A DNA stretch of 64,000 nucleotides from an uncultured virus (IMG/VR IMGVR_UViG_3300002140_000103) (taxonomy: Duplodnaviria > Heunggongvirae > Uroviricota > Caudoviricetes), in the IMG/VR virus record IMGVR_UViG_3300002140_000103, one strand, 5' to 3'. The notes beneath the pieces were generated by a model. It saw only the letters and a list, made by a program, of their open reading frames with translations, made no database searches and was not told the DNA's origin. Positions 1 through 9,250 of the stretch are shown here, piece after piece. Positions within the stretch are counted from its first letter, which is position 1, and the number at the start of each line of letters is the position of its first letter. Made by a program: the position numbers and the translations under genes.

Positions 1-2
1 CC

Positions 3-449
3 GCCTACCCAATGATCAACCATTGGGTATCTTTTTTGTAGTGCTTGTTTTTGAGCAACTTTTTGTCCACCAACGACAATACGTATCTGAGGATGTTTAT
101 TTTTTGCGTAATCAAACCACTGTGTTATTTCATCTTGCGGAAACGGAAAATATACATTCCACATATTGCTTTTGCGTGTTCTACTATCAGCGCTCCAATG
201 TGTTTCCCAGTCTTCCGGCATTAGTGTACTGAAGTGTGTACTACTAAACCCTAGAAATACAGTGTCGTTACTTACATACAAGTCAATAGCACGTTTAAAT
301 CGTTCATAGTTAAAATGACTAAAGAAGTCTATAACTTTAACACAATAACCGTTTTCACGTAATCTACTAGCCACAGTATATGCGCCGGCATCTCGACCCC
401 AGCCGATACTTCCATTACATTCTGTGAATAGTACTACATCATAATTCAT
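3..449 (-). CDS. Probable cobalamin-binding radical SAM protein, N-terminal part only (runs off the left edge)
   Basis: Not in the ORF track. Hand translation from ATG at 449 (ATGA overlap with the GNAT stop) gives MNYDVVLFTECNGSIGWGRDAGAYTVASRLRENGYCVKVIDFF...IRIVVGG, open to the edge. It parallels the N-terminus of 4520..5935 (GQYQLASWLRTFGYTVKVIDF...KWILGG). The CxxxCxxC motif is not visible in the window. Confidence 0.7.
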   Translation of the reverse strand, partial: MNYDVVLFTECNGSIGWGRDAGAYTVASRLRENGYCVKVIDFFSHFNYERFKRAIDLYVSNDTVFLGFSSTHFSTLMPEDWETHWSADSRTRKSNMWNVYFPFPQDEITQWFDYAKNKHPQIRIVVGGQKVAQKQALQKRYPMVDHWVG

Positions 450-889
450 AATTCTTTAATCACGTAACAATTTAATTCACTAGTTTCAGTTTTAAAGAAG
501 TCACTTGTTTGTTCAAACCCGGCATTTAAATAAGTTTTTAACGCTGTTTTTCTCGGTAGACTCCAACAATACTTTTTATTTTCTTTAACCGCTAACTGTA
601 TTGTATATTCCAATAATAGTTTGCCTATATTATTATTTCTATATTCAGGCATTACATACAACCCTCTACTTCTATAATGTATTCTACTAGTAGCATGTCC
701 ACTATTAACACCTACTACAGTGTTATCAATTATATATCCAAAAAACGTAGGGACGTAATTTTTTAATATGCCTTTATATGCAATATCATTATAACGCATA
801 GTACTCATAGGCATTATAATAGCACGATTGGGCCAGAGATATTTCTGCCAAAATTCATAAACTGTTTCATAGTCAAGTTCCTTAATCAT
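446..889 (-). CDS. GNAT-family N-acetyltransferase
   Basis: 147 aa; acetyl-CoA motif A (GLYVMPEYRNNNIGKLL) and C-terminal YLNAGF. Confidence 0.85.
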   Translation of the reverse strand: MIKELDYETVYEFWQKYLWPNRAIIMPMSTMRYNDIAYKGILKNYVPTFFGYIIDNTVVGVNSGHATSRIHYRSRGLYVMPEYRNNNIGKLLLEYTIQLAVKENKKYCWSLPRKTALKTYLNAGFEQTSDFFKTETSELNCYVIKEL

Positions 890-1883
890 ATTGATCTCCT
901 ACAATAACGTGTTTTGGAACTAGATATTGATAAATTTTATTTGCACCTTGATTAAATGTATTTCCGCTTGCACCTACTCCACTATGAGGCATTTCGATCG
1001 GAGTAGTCATAGGCTTATTTACAAATATATTTCCCCAACGAGCGTGTTGTGATACAAATCTTTGTGTTTTTAACTCCGTTGTATATAGGTGTAACCCTAA
1101 TCTATTTGGAAGTTGATTTATTTGCTTTATTAACTCTTGTAGATTATCGTATTGACTCATAGTTGCTTCTGGTCTGAAGTGATCAATGTTTGTGAGTTGT
1201 TGTTCTTTGACACAATTTAGATTTTCAATTAACTGCGCAAACAAATTACGTTTACAAAAAATGTGTTTAGGACTGGTACAATCGGCGCCGCCATTATATT
1301 TAATACTCCAATCTAGGCTGTTAGCAATAAAACTAATATTGCCGTCATTAACAATAGCAACACTTGCTCCACCTATATCAGCAATTACATCATTATGATG
1401 TTGTTTAAAAAAATCTGCCGTTGTTTTACTACCAGTAATATCAATAAAGTCATATATGCTAAAGTCAACAGTGTCAACTACATTAACTTGTACTTTATTT
1501 TTCCAATTAGAAAATATAAATGGTACACTTCCTTTGTTTTTAGGATTTAACTTTACATCAATAGTACAACCAGCAGCAATAGCCGGAGCAATCTTCCACA
1601 TAGCAATAACTAATGGATAATTCCACGGTACAACTCCTAGACAATGACCTTTTGGCTCATAACGCATGCTACTAGTACAAGTGTTATAATACTCATCTTG
1701 CGGAGGTGCTGTTATTGTTCGGGAAACACCAGCATAAAAATTGCAGATATCAATTGCAGTATTTACATCAAAATCTGCGTTGTTTTTAAAGTCAGTTGTT
1801 TCGAGCTTAACTATTTTTTTAAAGTTATCTTGTATAAACTTAGATAAAGAGAAAAGAGTATTTTGACGATCTTGTGGTTTCAT
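882..1883 (-). CDS. Compact aldehyde dehydrogenase (aminobutyraldehyde dehydrogenase-like)
   Basis: VPWNYPL, WKIAPAIAAG, ITGS, YNGGADCT (catalytic Cys) and EMPHSG motifs; only 333 aa. Confidence 0.8.
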   Translation of the reverse strand: MKPQDRQNTLFSLSKFIQDNFKKIVKLETTDFKNNADFDVNTAIDICNFYAGVSRTITAPPQDEYYNTCTSSMRYEPKGHCLGVVPWNYPLVIAMWKIAPAIAAGCTIDVKLNPKNKGSVPFIFSNWKNKVQVNVVDTVDFSIYDFIDITGSKTTADFFKQHHNDVIADIGGASVAIVNDGNISFIANSLDWSIKYNGGADCTSPKHIFCKRNLFAQLIENLNCVKEQQLTNIDHFRPEATMSQYDNLQELIKQINQLPNRLGLHLYTTELKTQRFVSQHARWGNIFVNKPMTTPIEMPHSGVGASGNTFNQGANKIYQYLVPKHVIVGDQYD

Positions 1884-1888
1884 AACTT

Positions 1889-1917
1889 ACTATACTATAC
1901 ATTTTTACAGTTGTCAA
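1889..1917 (-). promoter_or_regulatory. Sigma70-type promoter, probably leaderless
   Basis: TTGACA-N17-TATAGT, then 5 nt, then the ATG at 1883; no Shine-Dalgarno sequence. Confidence 0.8.
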
Positions 1918-1938
1918 GTTTTTAAATAATTATTTGTA

Positions 1939-2511
1939 TCAAAGGATTACTGCAACTAAATGAATTCTATCTTCTTTACTAGCATTAAATGCAGTATGAA
2001 GTAATACTGTATTTGTCCAATACCAGTTATTTAATTCTAAATATTTTATTTCATTTTCAATAACCATAAAACACCCGTCTTGAGTCTTAACAGGGTAATG
2101 AATTCTGGTTGAATCATCTCTATGCCAGGACAAGCAAGTTTTTGATTTAGATTTCATCAAACGCACTCGACCTAATTTGTACTTATTACACAATTGCGTA
2201 TATACATCTTCAAAAAGAGTATTTTTAAACTGAGAACACAATATTGAAAAGTCTTGTTCGGTATATTTTACTTTATATTCTGGTATTTCAAAAGACTCAT
2301 TTCCGTATTCATCTGTTATTGTTTTTGAATTATTCCAATCTAACACTAAACTGCCGGTGCCTAGTAAATAGTTGTCAGGATTTTGTTCTGTAGTATTAAT
2401 ACAAATCTGATTTTCTTTAGTCCATTCTATTGTTTTATTTTCGATAAGTTTGTTGAGTTCGGAATATAAATCGTATATTGGTAAATTATCTAAATTTTTA
2501 AAATTGTTCAT
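1939..2511 (-). CDS. 2OG-Fe(II) oxygenase (Asp/Asn beta-hydroxylase-like)
   Basis: GRVRLM...CLSWHRD...RIHYP...HTAFN...RIHLV: HxD...H triad and distal Arg. Confidence 0.75.
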   Translation of the reverse strand: MNNFKNLDNLPIYDLYSELNKLIENKTIEWTKENQICINTTEQNPDNYLLGTGSLVLDWNNSKTITDEYGNESFEIPEYKVKYTEQDFSILCSQFKNTLFEDVYTQLCNKYKLGRVRLMKSKSKTCLSWHRDDSTRIHYPVKTQDGCFMVIENEIKYLELNNWYWTNTVLLHTAFNASKEDRIHLVAVIL

Positions 2512-2576
2512 CTAACATGTTCTCCGTTAATTTTTTAAATTTTTATTTTTTTATTCTATATAGTTTAGCTATCAAA

Positions 2577-3350
2577 TTACTTTAAATAATGAGTAATGCA
2601 AAGTCTGTTTACATATCCTCGTTTAAATTTATTATACTTCTTGTTATGATCTAATCCAAAAATTACTGTATCACTAGGAATTATGCCTAATTCATTGCAT
2701 ATTTCTATTTGCTTTTGTCTATATTTTTTAAATGTATCATCTGGACCTAATGTATTAATCAGATCATAGTGTATTTTAGCACTGGATAATAGTTGATAAT
2801 CCCATTCTTTGTACACTGAAACAGGGTATGTGTCTACAGTATAAATTTTACCTACACGATAATATCCAGTACCAAATGTTTTACTTAAACTAAATGCAAC
2901 AGTATGAATATTTTTATAAAGAGTAAAATCAAAATTGACGTTGGAGCAAATACCAAAGAATGCACAATCAACAAATATAGGTTTATTAAATGTATCAGCA
3001 TACGCTAATTTTTCGTGAGCACTCATTCCATCAGCACTAAACGGATGGCTTACTATAATACAATCTGCTGCTTTAAGATTTTTTGTTAGTCGTTTTTTAG
3101 GTAATACTACTTCGTGATACGGATATTCGCCTTCAAAAATGCCTATTTTATTATAGATTGCATAAGTTTGATTAAAAGCATCTGTTATTCCCGAAACTAT
3201 GTAGCTATCTTTTGGAAGTCCTTGTACTTTAAAATTAGACTTAAATATCCAATTATCAAAGTCTTGAGAAAAATTATGAAAAGATTCCATATCATCTTTA
3301 AATTTAGCAATAGGTAATGCAGCTTTTGTTATTAGATCTAAATTATACAT
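2577..3350 (-). CDS. PLP-dependent fold-type-I (aminotransferase-like) enzyme
   Basis: FVDCAF (PLP Asp) and FSLSKTFG...RVG (Schiff-base Lys); paralog of 11510..12439. Confidence 0.75.
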   Translation of the reverse strand: MYNLDLITKAALPIAKFKDDMESFHNFSQDFDNWIFKSNFKVQGLPKDSYIVSGITDAFNQTYAIYNKIGIFEGEYPYHEVVLPKKRLTKNLKAADCIIVSHPFSADGMSAHEKLAYADTFNKPIFVDCAFFGICSNVNFDFTLYKNIHTVAFSLSKTFGTGYYRVGKIYTVDTYPVSVYKEWDYQLLSSAKIHYDLINTLGPDDTFKKYRQKQIEICNELGIIPSDTVIFGLDHNKKYNKFKRGYVNRLCITHYLK

Positions 3351-4368
3351 AGCTATCTGGGCCTCCCTTACGTTTTAAATCTAGTGTTACACAATGTAAC
3401 CCGCTATCCCAAAAATATTTATGTCTAAAATTAAACGGAATTCCTTCAATGCCATTTGCTTTAAGCTGCGCATATACGTCTGCATCATATCCATTGGTAA
3501 TAACTGTGTGTTCATCAAGACTGATAACATTAATATCAAATACAGTTTCGTCTACGTAACCAATCCAATGCTGTAACCATTCTTGTACTGTACTTTTATA
3601 AAAATGTTGGCTTTTTATTTTGTGAAAATACTCAGGTAATTCTTTTGTTTTAGCTTGAATGACGGTCCACTTTTTCATTGCCTTAGGAATATGTTTTTTG
3701 TTATAGCACATGACTACACCAGGTTTAAGTAATGCTAGTTTACCATCAGCATGTCCTACTGCTGGAATTTCAACCCAATGAACATCTCTATCAATGTTAC
3801 GTTTAACCCAATCTAATCCAGCCTTTGTTCCTTTGCCCCAAGTTGTATCATCGTTGTATGGTCTTGTATGTAATAAAGTATCGCCTGCTTTAAGAACACA
3901 TGCAGCATGGAACATTATTTGACCTTCCATTTTTTTATATTTTCGATAGTAGGAGTTTAGCAAGGGCTTAGGCATATTGATATAGTTTCTTCCCTCTGCA
4001 TATTTTTTAAGCATAATATCTAAGAAGTAATCGTGTTCTGTATAACGATTACAGTCGCCGCCGGCAGTGCCTAATATAGTATTGCCATAAACAATGTGAA
4101 AGTCACGTGGGCAAATAGCAGGATAAGGATAAGCTGACTGCCAGGTTCTGTGCTGTTCTGCTATTAGAGGAAAATCTCGAGGCCTATGCACTTTAACATC
4201 TGCACTTTTAAACAAATTAGATAATTTTTGGAAATCTTCTTCTGTTTCTTCTAATATTTTACCTAATCCATCAACAAATTCTTGATCGTCAAATTGTTTT
4301 AAAACATCTATATTATATGCTTTACCTACAATAACTTCTTCTAGTTTATCCCATTCTGTATAAATCAT
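3343..4368 (-). CDS. Amidinotransferase (glycine/inosamine-phosphate amidinotransferase family)
   Basis: TEWDKLEEVIVG, CPRD, GHADG, and C-terminal DSGLHCVTLD with the catalytic Cys. Confidence 0.88.
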   Translation of the reverse strand: MIYTEWDKLEEVIVGKAYNIDVLKQFDDQEFVDGLGKILEETEEDFQKLSNLFKSADVKVHRPRDFPLIAEQHRTWQSAYPYPAICPRDFHIVYGNTILGTAGGDCNRYTEHDYFLDIMLKKYAEGRNYINMPKPLLNSYYRKYKKMEGQIMFHAACVLKAGDTLLHTRPYNDDTTWGKGTKAGLDWVKRNIDRDVHWVEIPAVGHADGKLALLKPGVVMCYNKKHIPKAMKKWTVIQAKTKELPEYFHKIKSQHFYKSTVQEWLQHWIGYVDETVFDINVISLDEHTVITNGYDADVYAQLKANGIEGIPFNFRHKYFWDSGLHCVTLDLKRKGGPDSYV

Positions 4369-4433
4369 TTATGTTCCTATAATTAAATTTATAATAATTG
4401 TTAGGCTAATTATTATAATAATTTGTATTTTTT

Positions 4434-4508
4434 TTAAATAAGTTTTATTGCAGGTTTACGTTTTGTTATTTTACTATCAAAACTGCTTACACAACTTTTA
4501 GTAATATA
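4434..4508 (-). pseudogene. Relic 3' end of radical SAM gene 5935..7047
   Basis: Translates as YITKSCVSSFDSKITKRKPAIKLI*, versus the 5935..7047 C-terminus CITDSCVSSADSKIPKRKV* (14/18 aa). 4455..4508 matches 5941..5994 at 40/54 nt, ungapped. Confidence 0.8.
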
Positions 4509-4519
4509 TAAAAATACCT

Positions 4520-5935
4520 TTATTCTAAATTTTTTGCTACATAGTTTTCTATAAACTGTTTTGTTTTATCTAACAATAATTCATCCTTAAAATCTTTTTC
4601 GCGGAGTTCTAATAAATCTTTCATATTACAACGTAGTGTTGTACTAAATTCTCCCAGTTGAAATCCTGCAATTTTTCTATATTTGTAGGATCTATTATTA
4701 TTATCTTTTGCTATCTTCATTAATTTAGTATGTACTAAGTCACCATTTGTCCAGTTAACAAAGTTATCATCAGTAAACTTGTATCCGTATTTTTCATAGT
4801 TTTTTTCAAATTCACTTACCCATTGGTGTTTATTAATAACATTAATAGGATTTATATAAAGAGCCCAGTAATACCAACAACTCATATCGTTGTCTATCAT
4901 CCATTGTAAATCTATTTCTTCTTGTTCACCGGACCATCCCGGAAGTCCAACAATCATACCCATCCACCAGTTAGTTTTTCCTTTCCATCGGGTTTTTAAC
5001 TCTAATAGAAATTCTTTAGCATACTGGCCGTTCCAACCTTTTCCTATTGCTTTTGAACCTTGTGCTTGAAAACTTTCAATACCAAAGAATGCGCTGCGTA
5101 AACCCGATTCGGGTAGTAAATCTATCATTTCTGGGTATGTTGCTAACAGATCAATTCTTATATAAGCAATGTACTCTAATTCAAAAGGTAACGATTTGCT
5201 AATACGATAAATCATTTGTACTTTATCCAAACTTTCATTAAGTGTATCATCACTAAAGTAATACTTTTTAATACCAAATCTTTCATAGTTTTGTATTAGT
5301 TCAGTTCTTATATCATTTTCACTTCGAATATTAGTTCCTTTTTTACGACCAGTTAACGGAAATTGACAAAACTTACATTTAAAAATACACCCTCTACTTA
5401 TTTCAATACTTAGTGTTTCATAGGGTTGAATATAGTCGTCATTGCTATATACTTTTACAAAGTTTTGTATATCAAATTTTGGTCTTATTTCAATTTGCCT
5501 TGACAAACTATCAAGCATTGCTAATGTTTCGTCTTCGGCAAACTGATGTATACGTATCCAATCATTATCCATTATAGGAGACGTTGAATTTGATCCACCA
5601 AGAATCCATTTTATATTAGGATGAGTATTTCTAAAAACATCTCTTAAATGCTGTACCCACTTCGGATATACAATGCCGCCGACTGTTACACTATTTAACT
5701 CAATTCCGGTTACTTCCCAAAAGGTAGTACTTACTCCAAAAGCAAGAGTGGTGTTATCGATATGTTTTTTAGCAATCTCTTCTATTATATGAGGTTGTAG
5801 TTTAAAACAAAAGTCTATTACTTTTACAGTGTACCCAAACGTTCTTAGCCAAGAAGCAAGTTGATATTGGCCACCACTACGCACAGCGTAATGCTCCGGT
5901 TCTTCCATTCCGGCAAAAATAATAAAATTTGTCAT
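4520..5935 (-). CDS. Cobalamin-binding (class B-like) radical SAM protein
   Basis: N-terminal B12-type domain; EISRGCIFKCKFC, FSDDT, FFGIES and MIVGLPG motifs. Confidence 0.85.
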   Translation of the reverse strand: MTNFIIFAGMEEPEHYAVRSGGQYQLASWLRTFGYTVKVIDFCFKLQPHIIEEIAKKHIDNTTLAFGVSTTFWEVTGIELNSVTVGGIVYPKWVQHLRDVFRNTHPNIKWILGGSNSTSPIMDNDWIRIHQFAEDETLAMLDSLSRQIEIRPKFDIQNFVKVYSNDDYIQPYETLSIEISRGCIFKCKFCQFPLTGRKKGTNIRSENDIRTELIQNYERFGIKKYYFSDDTLNESLDKVQMIYRISKSLPFELEYIAYIRIDLLATYPEMIDLLPESGLRSAFFGIESFQAQGSKAIGKGWNGQYAKEFLLELKTRWKGKTNWWMGMIVGLPGWSGEQEEIDLQWMIDNDMSCWYYWALYINPINVINKHQWVSEFEKNYEKYGYKFTDDNFVNWTNGDLVHTKLMKIAKDNNNRSYKYRKIAGFQLGEFSTTLRCNMKDLLELREKDFKDELLLDKTKQFIENYVAKNLE

Positions 5936-7047
5936 TAAACTTTCCTTTTAGGTATTTTACTGTCTGCACTACTTACACAGCTATCAGTTATACAAGGCAT
6001 TGGTTTGTTAAATAGCGTAAAGCCTGTTTCGATATTACCAAGTGGAACATCGTGACAACTATAACTACGCTTTACGCTGCCGTCGGGTTCGCGTATGATA
6101 ATACCTTGATACCCAGCATTACAATGCCATCCTTTAAACTTGTTAAAGTTAAAAGCGTTAAATCGTTCTGCTTGATCCATATAGTATTTATTACCGTTAG
6201 AATCCGCCATTTCAATTTGCATATGCCACGGCACACTAGAATCGTTCTTTTCGTTAATTTCTGTAGGTACTTGAAAATTAGGTGTAGGACGCTCCGCCCA
6301 CTTACGCTTGCTTTCTGTGTACGCACGTTGCGGCATACCGTTGTGTAAACGCTTTAGGTTGTCGTCGGTGTAGCCATCTACCACTCGACTAGCTGTAGGG
6401 TCGCTTTGAGGCTTCAGCGTGACGTTTATACCTTGCTCGTGAAAGAACAATGCATTGTCCCAATCCTTCTCAAACCACTCTGGTACCATAACCATGTTGA
6501 TAGTTACTTGTACATCATGCTCTTGACAGAAAATTAACTTGTCTGCAAAATCCTGCATCTTCTCTGGTGTGCTAAGATGTTCAGTGTGCAAACTTGCTGT
6601 AATACTTGCACGGTGAAATGGCGTTACTGCTTCTACGTACTGCTCAAACCACGCCATATTGCGTGAGCAGTTTGATGTCATATGAACACTAGTGTAATTA
6701 GTATTACCAACATCATTAGCAAGATGTTTGAGAATGTCCAAGTAACCAGGGTGAAAAGTAGGCTCGCCTCCACTAAGACTAAAATGAAAGCTATTAAAAC
6801 CGTTGTCACGTGCCTGCCTTTTTATTTCGTCAATTGTTGTAAGACATAGCTCTGTTGGTCTATGGTCTTTTCGATCAGATCTAGCGTACGGCCAACAGTA
6901 ACTACATTTATAGTTACAGAAACGGCCCAATAGCCAACTAACAGTAAAAAGATCGCGGTAAAGAAGAGTCCTTTGCCCGACACTAACAATGTCGTCAAAC
7001 GGGATTTTTGTAAAATCATAATTACTCCATTTTAAATCTTCAGTCAT
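5935..7047 (-). CDS. Radical SAM protein with C-terminal twitch/SPASM-like domain
   Basis: CNYKCSYC, SGGEPT; C-terminal CNAG...GSVKRSYSC...PLGNI...CITDSC. Confidence 0.9.
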   Translation of the reverse strand: MTEDLKWSNYDFTKIPFDDIVSVGQRTLLYRDLFTVSWLLGRFCNYKCSYCWPYARSDRKDHRPTELCLTTIDEIKRQARDNGFNSFHFSLSGGEPTFHPGYLDILKHLANDVGNTNYTSVHMTSNCSRNMAWFEQYVEAVTPFHRASITASLHTEHLSTPEKMQDFADKLIFCQEHDVQVTINMVMVPEWFEKDWDNALFFHEQGINVTLKPQSDPTASRVVDGYTDDNLKRLHNGMPQRAYTESKRKWAERPTPNFQVPTEINEKNDSSVPWHMQIEMADSNGNKYYMDQAERFNAFNFNKFKGWHCNAGYQGIIIREPDGSVKRSYSCHDVPLGNIETGFTLFNKPMPCITDSCVSSADSKIPKRKV

Positions 7048-7052
7048 AGTTT

Positions 7053-7081
7053 ATTATATTACATTCGAGCTGTTATGTCAA
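7053..7081 (-). promoter_or_regulatory. Perfect-consensus sigma70 promoter, probably leaderless
   Basis: TTGACA-N17-TATAAT, then 5 nt, then the ATG at 7047. Confidence 0.88.
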
Positions 7082-7090
7082 GTTTATTTA

Positions 7091-7097
7091 ATAAATA
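7091..7097 (+). promoter_or_regulatory. Late-type ATAAATA motif upstream of the plus-strand gene
   Basis: ATAAATA ending 21 nt before the ATG at 7119; the same motif precedes structural genes. It is short and the DNA is AT-rich. Confidence 0.45.
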
Positions 7098-7118
7098 ACT
7101 TTAGAACAGGGGTTCCGT

Positions 7119-8099
7119 ATGGATATTGATGAAATAATTGAACTATGTATATTGTATCAAAAAACAAATCATGGTGGAAGGACAAGTAGTTATGACAAAT
7201 GCAGAAGAGATCTAAAACATATTTTAGAAGCTGTTCAAAAAGACATACAGCACAACTCGACTGATTTTATTACAGGAATTGCAAATTATTTTTGGCAAAA
7301 TCAAAAACGTATGGTGTTGCGTTATAAAGTCGAACTTGACATTTACCGTTACATGTTAACGTTGCTAAAATCAAAATTTACGGCAGCAGATTTTAAAAAA
7401 GCAGATGCTAGTATTGGTGTACTTTGCGAAATCGTAGAGCACGGCCCGAGGTTAAAATCAAAACAGCTACATACAAGACTCCAAGATGCTGCAAATCATG
7501 CTAATATTTGTCAACGAAACTGGGACTATTCAATAGAAATTCCAGAGAACGACATTAGTGCATTAGTTAATGTTGCTAAACATATGCCAACAAAACAAAA
7601 CTTAGAATGTTATCAGTTAGTTGTTTCTAACAATAGAGAGTTTAATAAATATTTTTATGAACTATCGTACGACGGAATTAATGATAATAATAAATGGCGT
7701 AATGGCCAAGTTAATGCACCGTTACTTTTTTTGTGGGTTTGGCCTAATGGAACATGGGAAAGAACTCATGAGATACAAAAAGATTTTAATACTGCATGTG
7801 GCATTTCATCAGGTGCAGTAGCATTGTCTGCTAACATGTTAGGATATCGTACTGGATTTTGTAGATGTTTTCAAGGCGAAACTATAACTAAAGAAATGAA
7901 TAAATTACTCAATATTAATTCAGACGGAGTATTTCTTGCACTTGGAATCGGATATCCTAATACGAAATACCAAAGTAACGAAGTTGTTTACTACGAAGGA
8001 ATATCTTATCTAGGTAGACCTAAACAAGTTAAAAAAGATAAAGGTATTGTAACAACTATTGCACGAGAAGTTAAAGATATAAAAGTATACAGAGTCTAA
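7119..8099 (+). CDS. Nitroreductase-family protein with an N-terminal helical domain
   Basis: C-terminal half has QRNWD, MPTKQN, NAPLLF, GISSGAVALSANMLGYRTGFC and LALGIGYP. It is the only credible plus-strand gene in the window. Confidence 0.78.
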   Translation: MDIDEIIELCILYQKTNHGGRTSSYDKCRRDLKHILEAVQKDIQHNSTDFITGIANYFWQNQKRMVLRYKVELDIYRYMLTLLKSKFTAADFKKADASIGVLCEIVEHGPRLKSKQLHTRLQDAANHANICQRNWDYSIEIPENDISALVNVAKHMPTKQNLECYQLVVSNNREFNKYFYELSYDGINDNNKWRNGQVNAPLLFLWVWPNGTWERTHEIQKDFNTACGISSGAVALSANMLGYRTGFCRCFQGETITKEMNKLLNINSDGVFLALGIGYPNTKYQSNEVVYYEGISYLGRPKQVKKDKGIVTTIAREVKDIKVYRV

Positions 8100-9250
8100 A
8101 TTTTAAATTCTTCTACAATATCAAACAGACTTTCATCTCTACTTTTATCTAATGCATCAGTATAATCTAAAAATTTATTGTATTTGTTACTCCAGTCTTC
8201 TGAAAACATATAATCAATAATGCCTTGTACTCTATCTAAATATACATAGGGCTGCAAACGTTGTTGTGCAAGTGTTTTTAAGTGTTCGGGCAAAACTTTA
8301 ATATTAAGCTCGTCGGGATGATTTAAAATATTAAAATAAATTTTGTGTCCATATGGTATAGCCCAATCAATAAATTTATAAAGATGCAATATATTATACA
8401 TCTGTACTGTACAGTGTATTTCAATATTAGCATTTTCTAAAGTTCTAATTGTTTCAAAGTTTTCAACAATCTTGTTCCAGTTGCTAGGGTGTCTTATATA
8501 TCTATCTAATGCACCAGTTGCGTCAATTGAACAGTTCAACTGGATTTGTTTAAACTTCTTCCATTTTTCTAAAAGATGTTTTGGAACATTTGTTAAGTTG
8601 GTGTTGTATTTTAGTTTGATATTACGAGCAGTTCCGTTTTCAATAAAGTAGTCTAACAGTCTATGCTGTTCTTTAATGATAGTAGGTTCGCCGCCTGTTA
8701 AATATATTTCTTCAACAGTGTTTGCAATACTAAACAAATTCTCCCAAGTTTTTTCAAGCTCGGGCCAATCCATACTACTTAATCTTTTGTACTCACTTTC
8801 ACTTAGCGCATCGTTAATTAAGTTCCATTCTTTAACCCACATGTTACTTGCATATGGATTACACATGCGACATTTTAGATTACACAAGTTTCCTAAGCGT
8901 AAGTCAACATATTTTATATCAAACGTTGCATCTGTTGTATACGTTTTATCTTCTTCCCACTTGTTGTTCCATGCTTGTCTTGCACTTTTAATACCAACAT
9001 CTTCTTCTTGAAAGCAGCGTTGACACATTTCAGGACGTTCGTTTGAAAGCATCTGTTTACGAATAGTAGTATAAACTTCACTGTTCCATGCATCTTCTAA
9101 ATTATCTTTGTATAACTTATATGGAACGCCGGCGGTGTTGGTTATAAAGTTTTTTCCTGGAGTCGAGTTGCAACATACTCTTAAATTGCCACTAGCATTA
9201 GTTGCAAGATGCATCCAAGGTAAGACACAGAATGTTTTAGAAGTTGACAT
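8096..9250 (-). CDS. Radical SAM protein with N-terminal twitch domain
   Basis: FCVLPW...RVCC...CQRC, then CNLKCRMC and TGGEPT. Start moved to MSTSK (9250). Confidence 0.9.
   Translation of the reverse strand: MSTSKTFCVLPWMHLATNASGNLRVCCNSTPGKNFITNTAGVPYKLYKDNLEDAWNSEVYTTIRKQMLSNERPEMCQRCFQEEDVGIKSARQAWNNKWEEDKTYTTDATFDIKYVDLRLGNLCNLKCRMCNPYASNMWVKEWNLINDALSESEYKRLSSMDWPELEKTWENLFSIANTVEEIYLTGGEPTIIKEQHRLLDYFIENGTARNIKLKYNTNLTNVPKHLLEKWKKFKQIQLNCSIDATGALDRYIRHPSNWNKIVENFETIRTLENANIEIHCTVQMYNILHLYKFIDWAIPYGHKIYFNILNHPDELNIKVLPEHLKTLAQQRLQPYVYLDRVQGIIDYMFSEDWSNKYNKFLDYTDALDKSRDESLFDIVEEFKI

Noticed and set aside
2566..2573. TAGCTATC shared with the amidinotransferase 3' end (3350..3357), a possible fourth relic
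   Set aside because: Only 8 bp, and the peptide match does not extend; compatible with chance.
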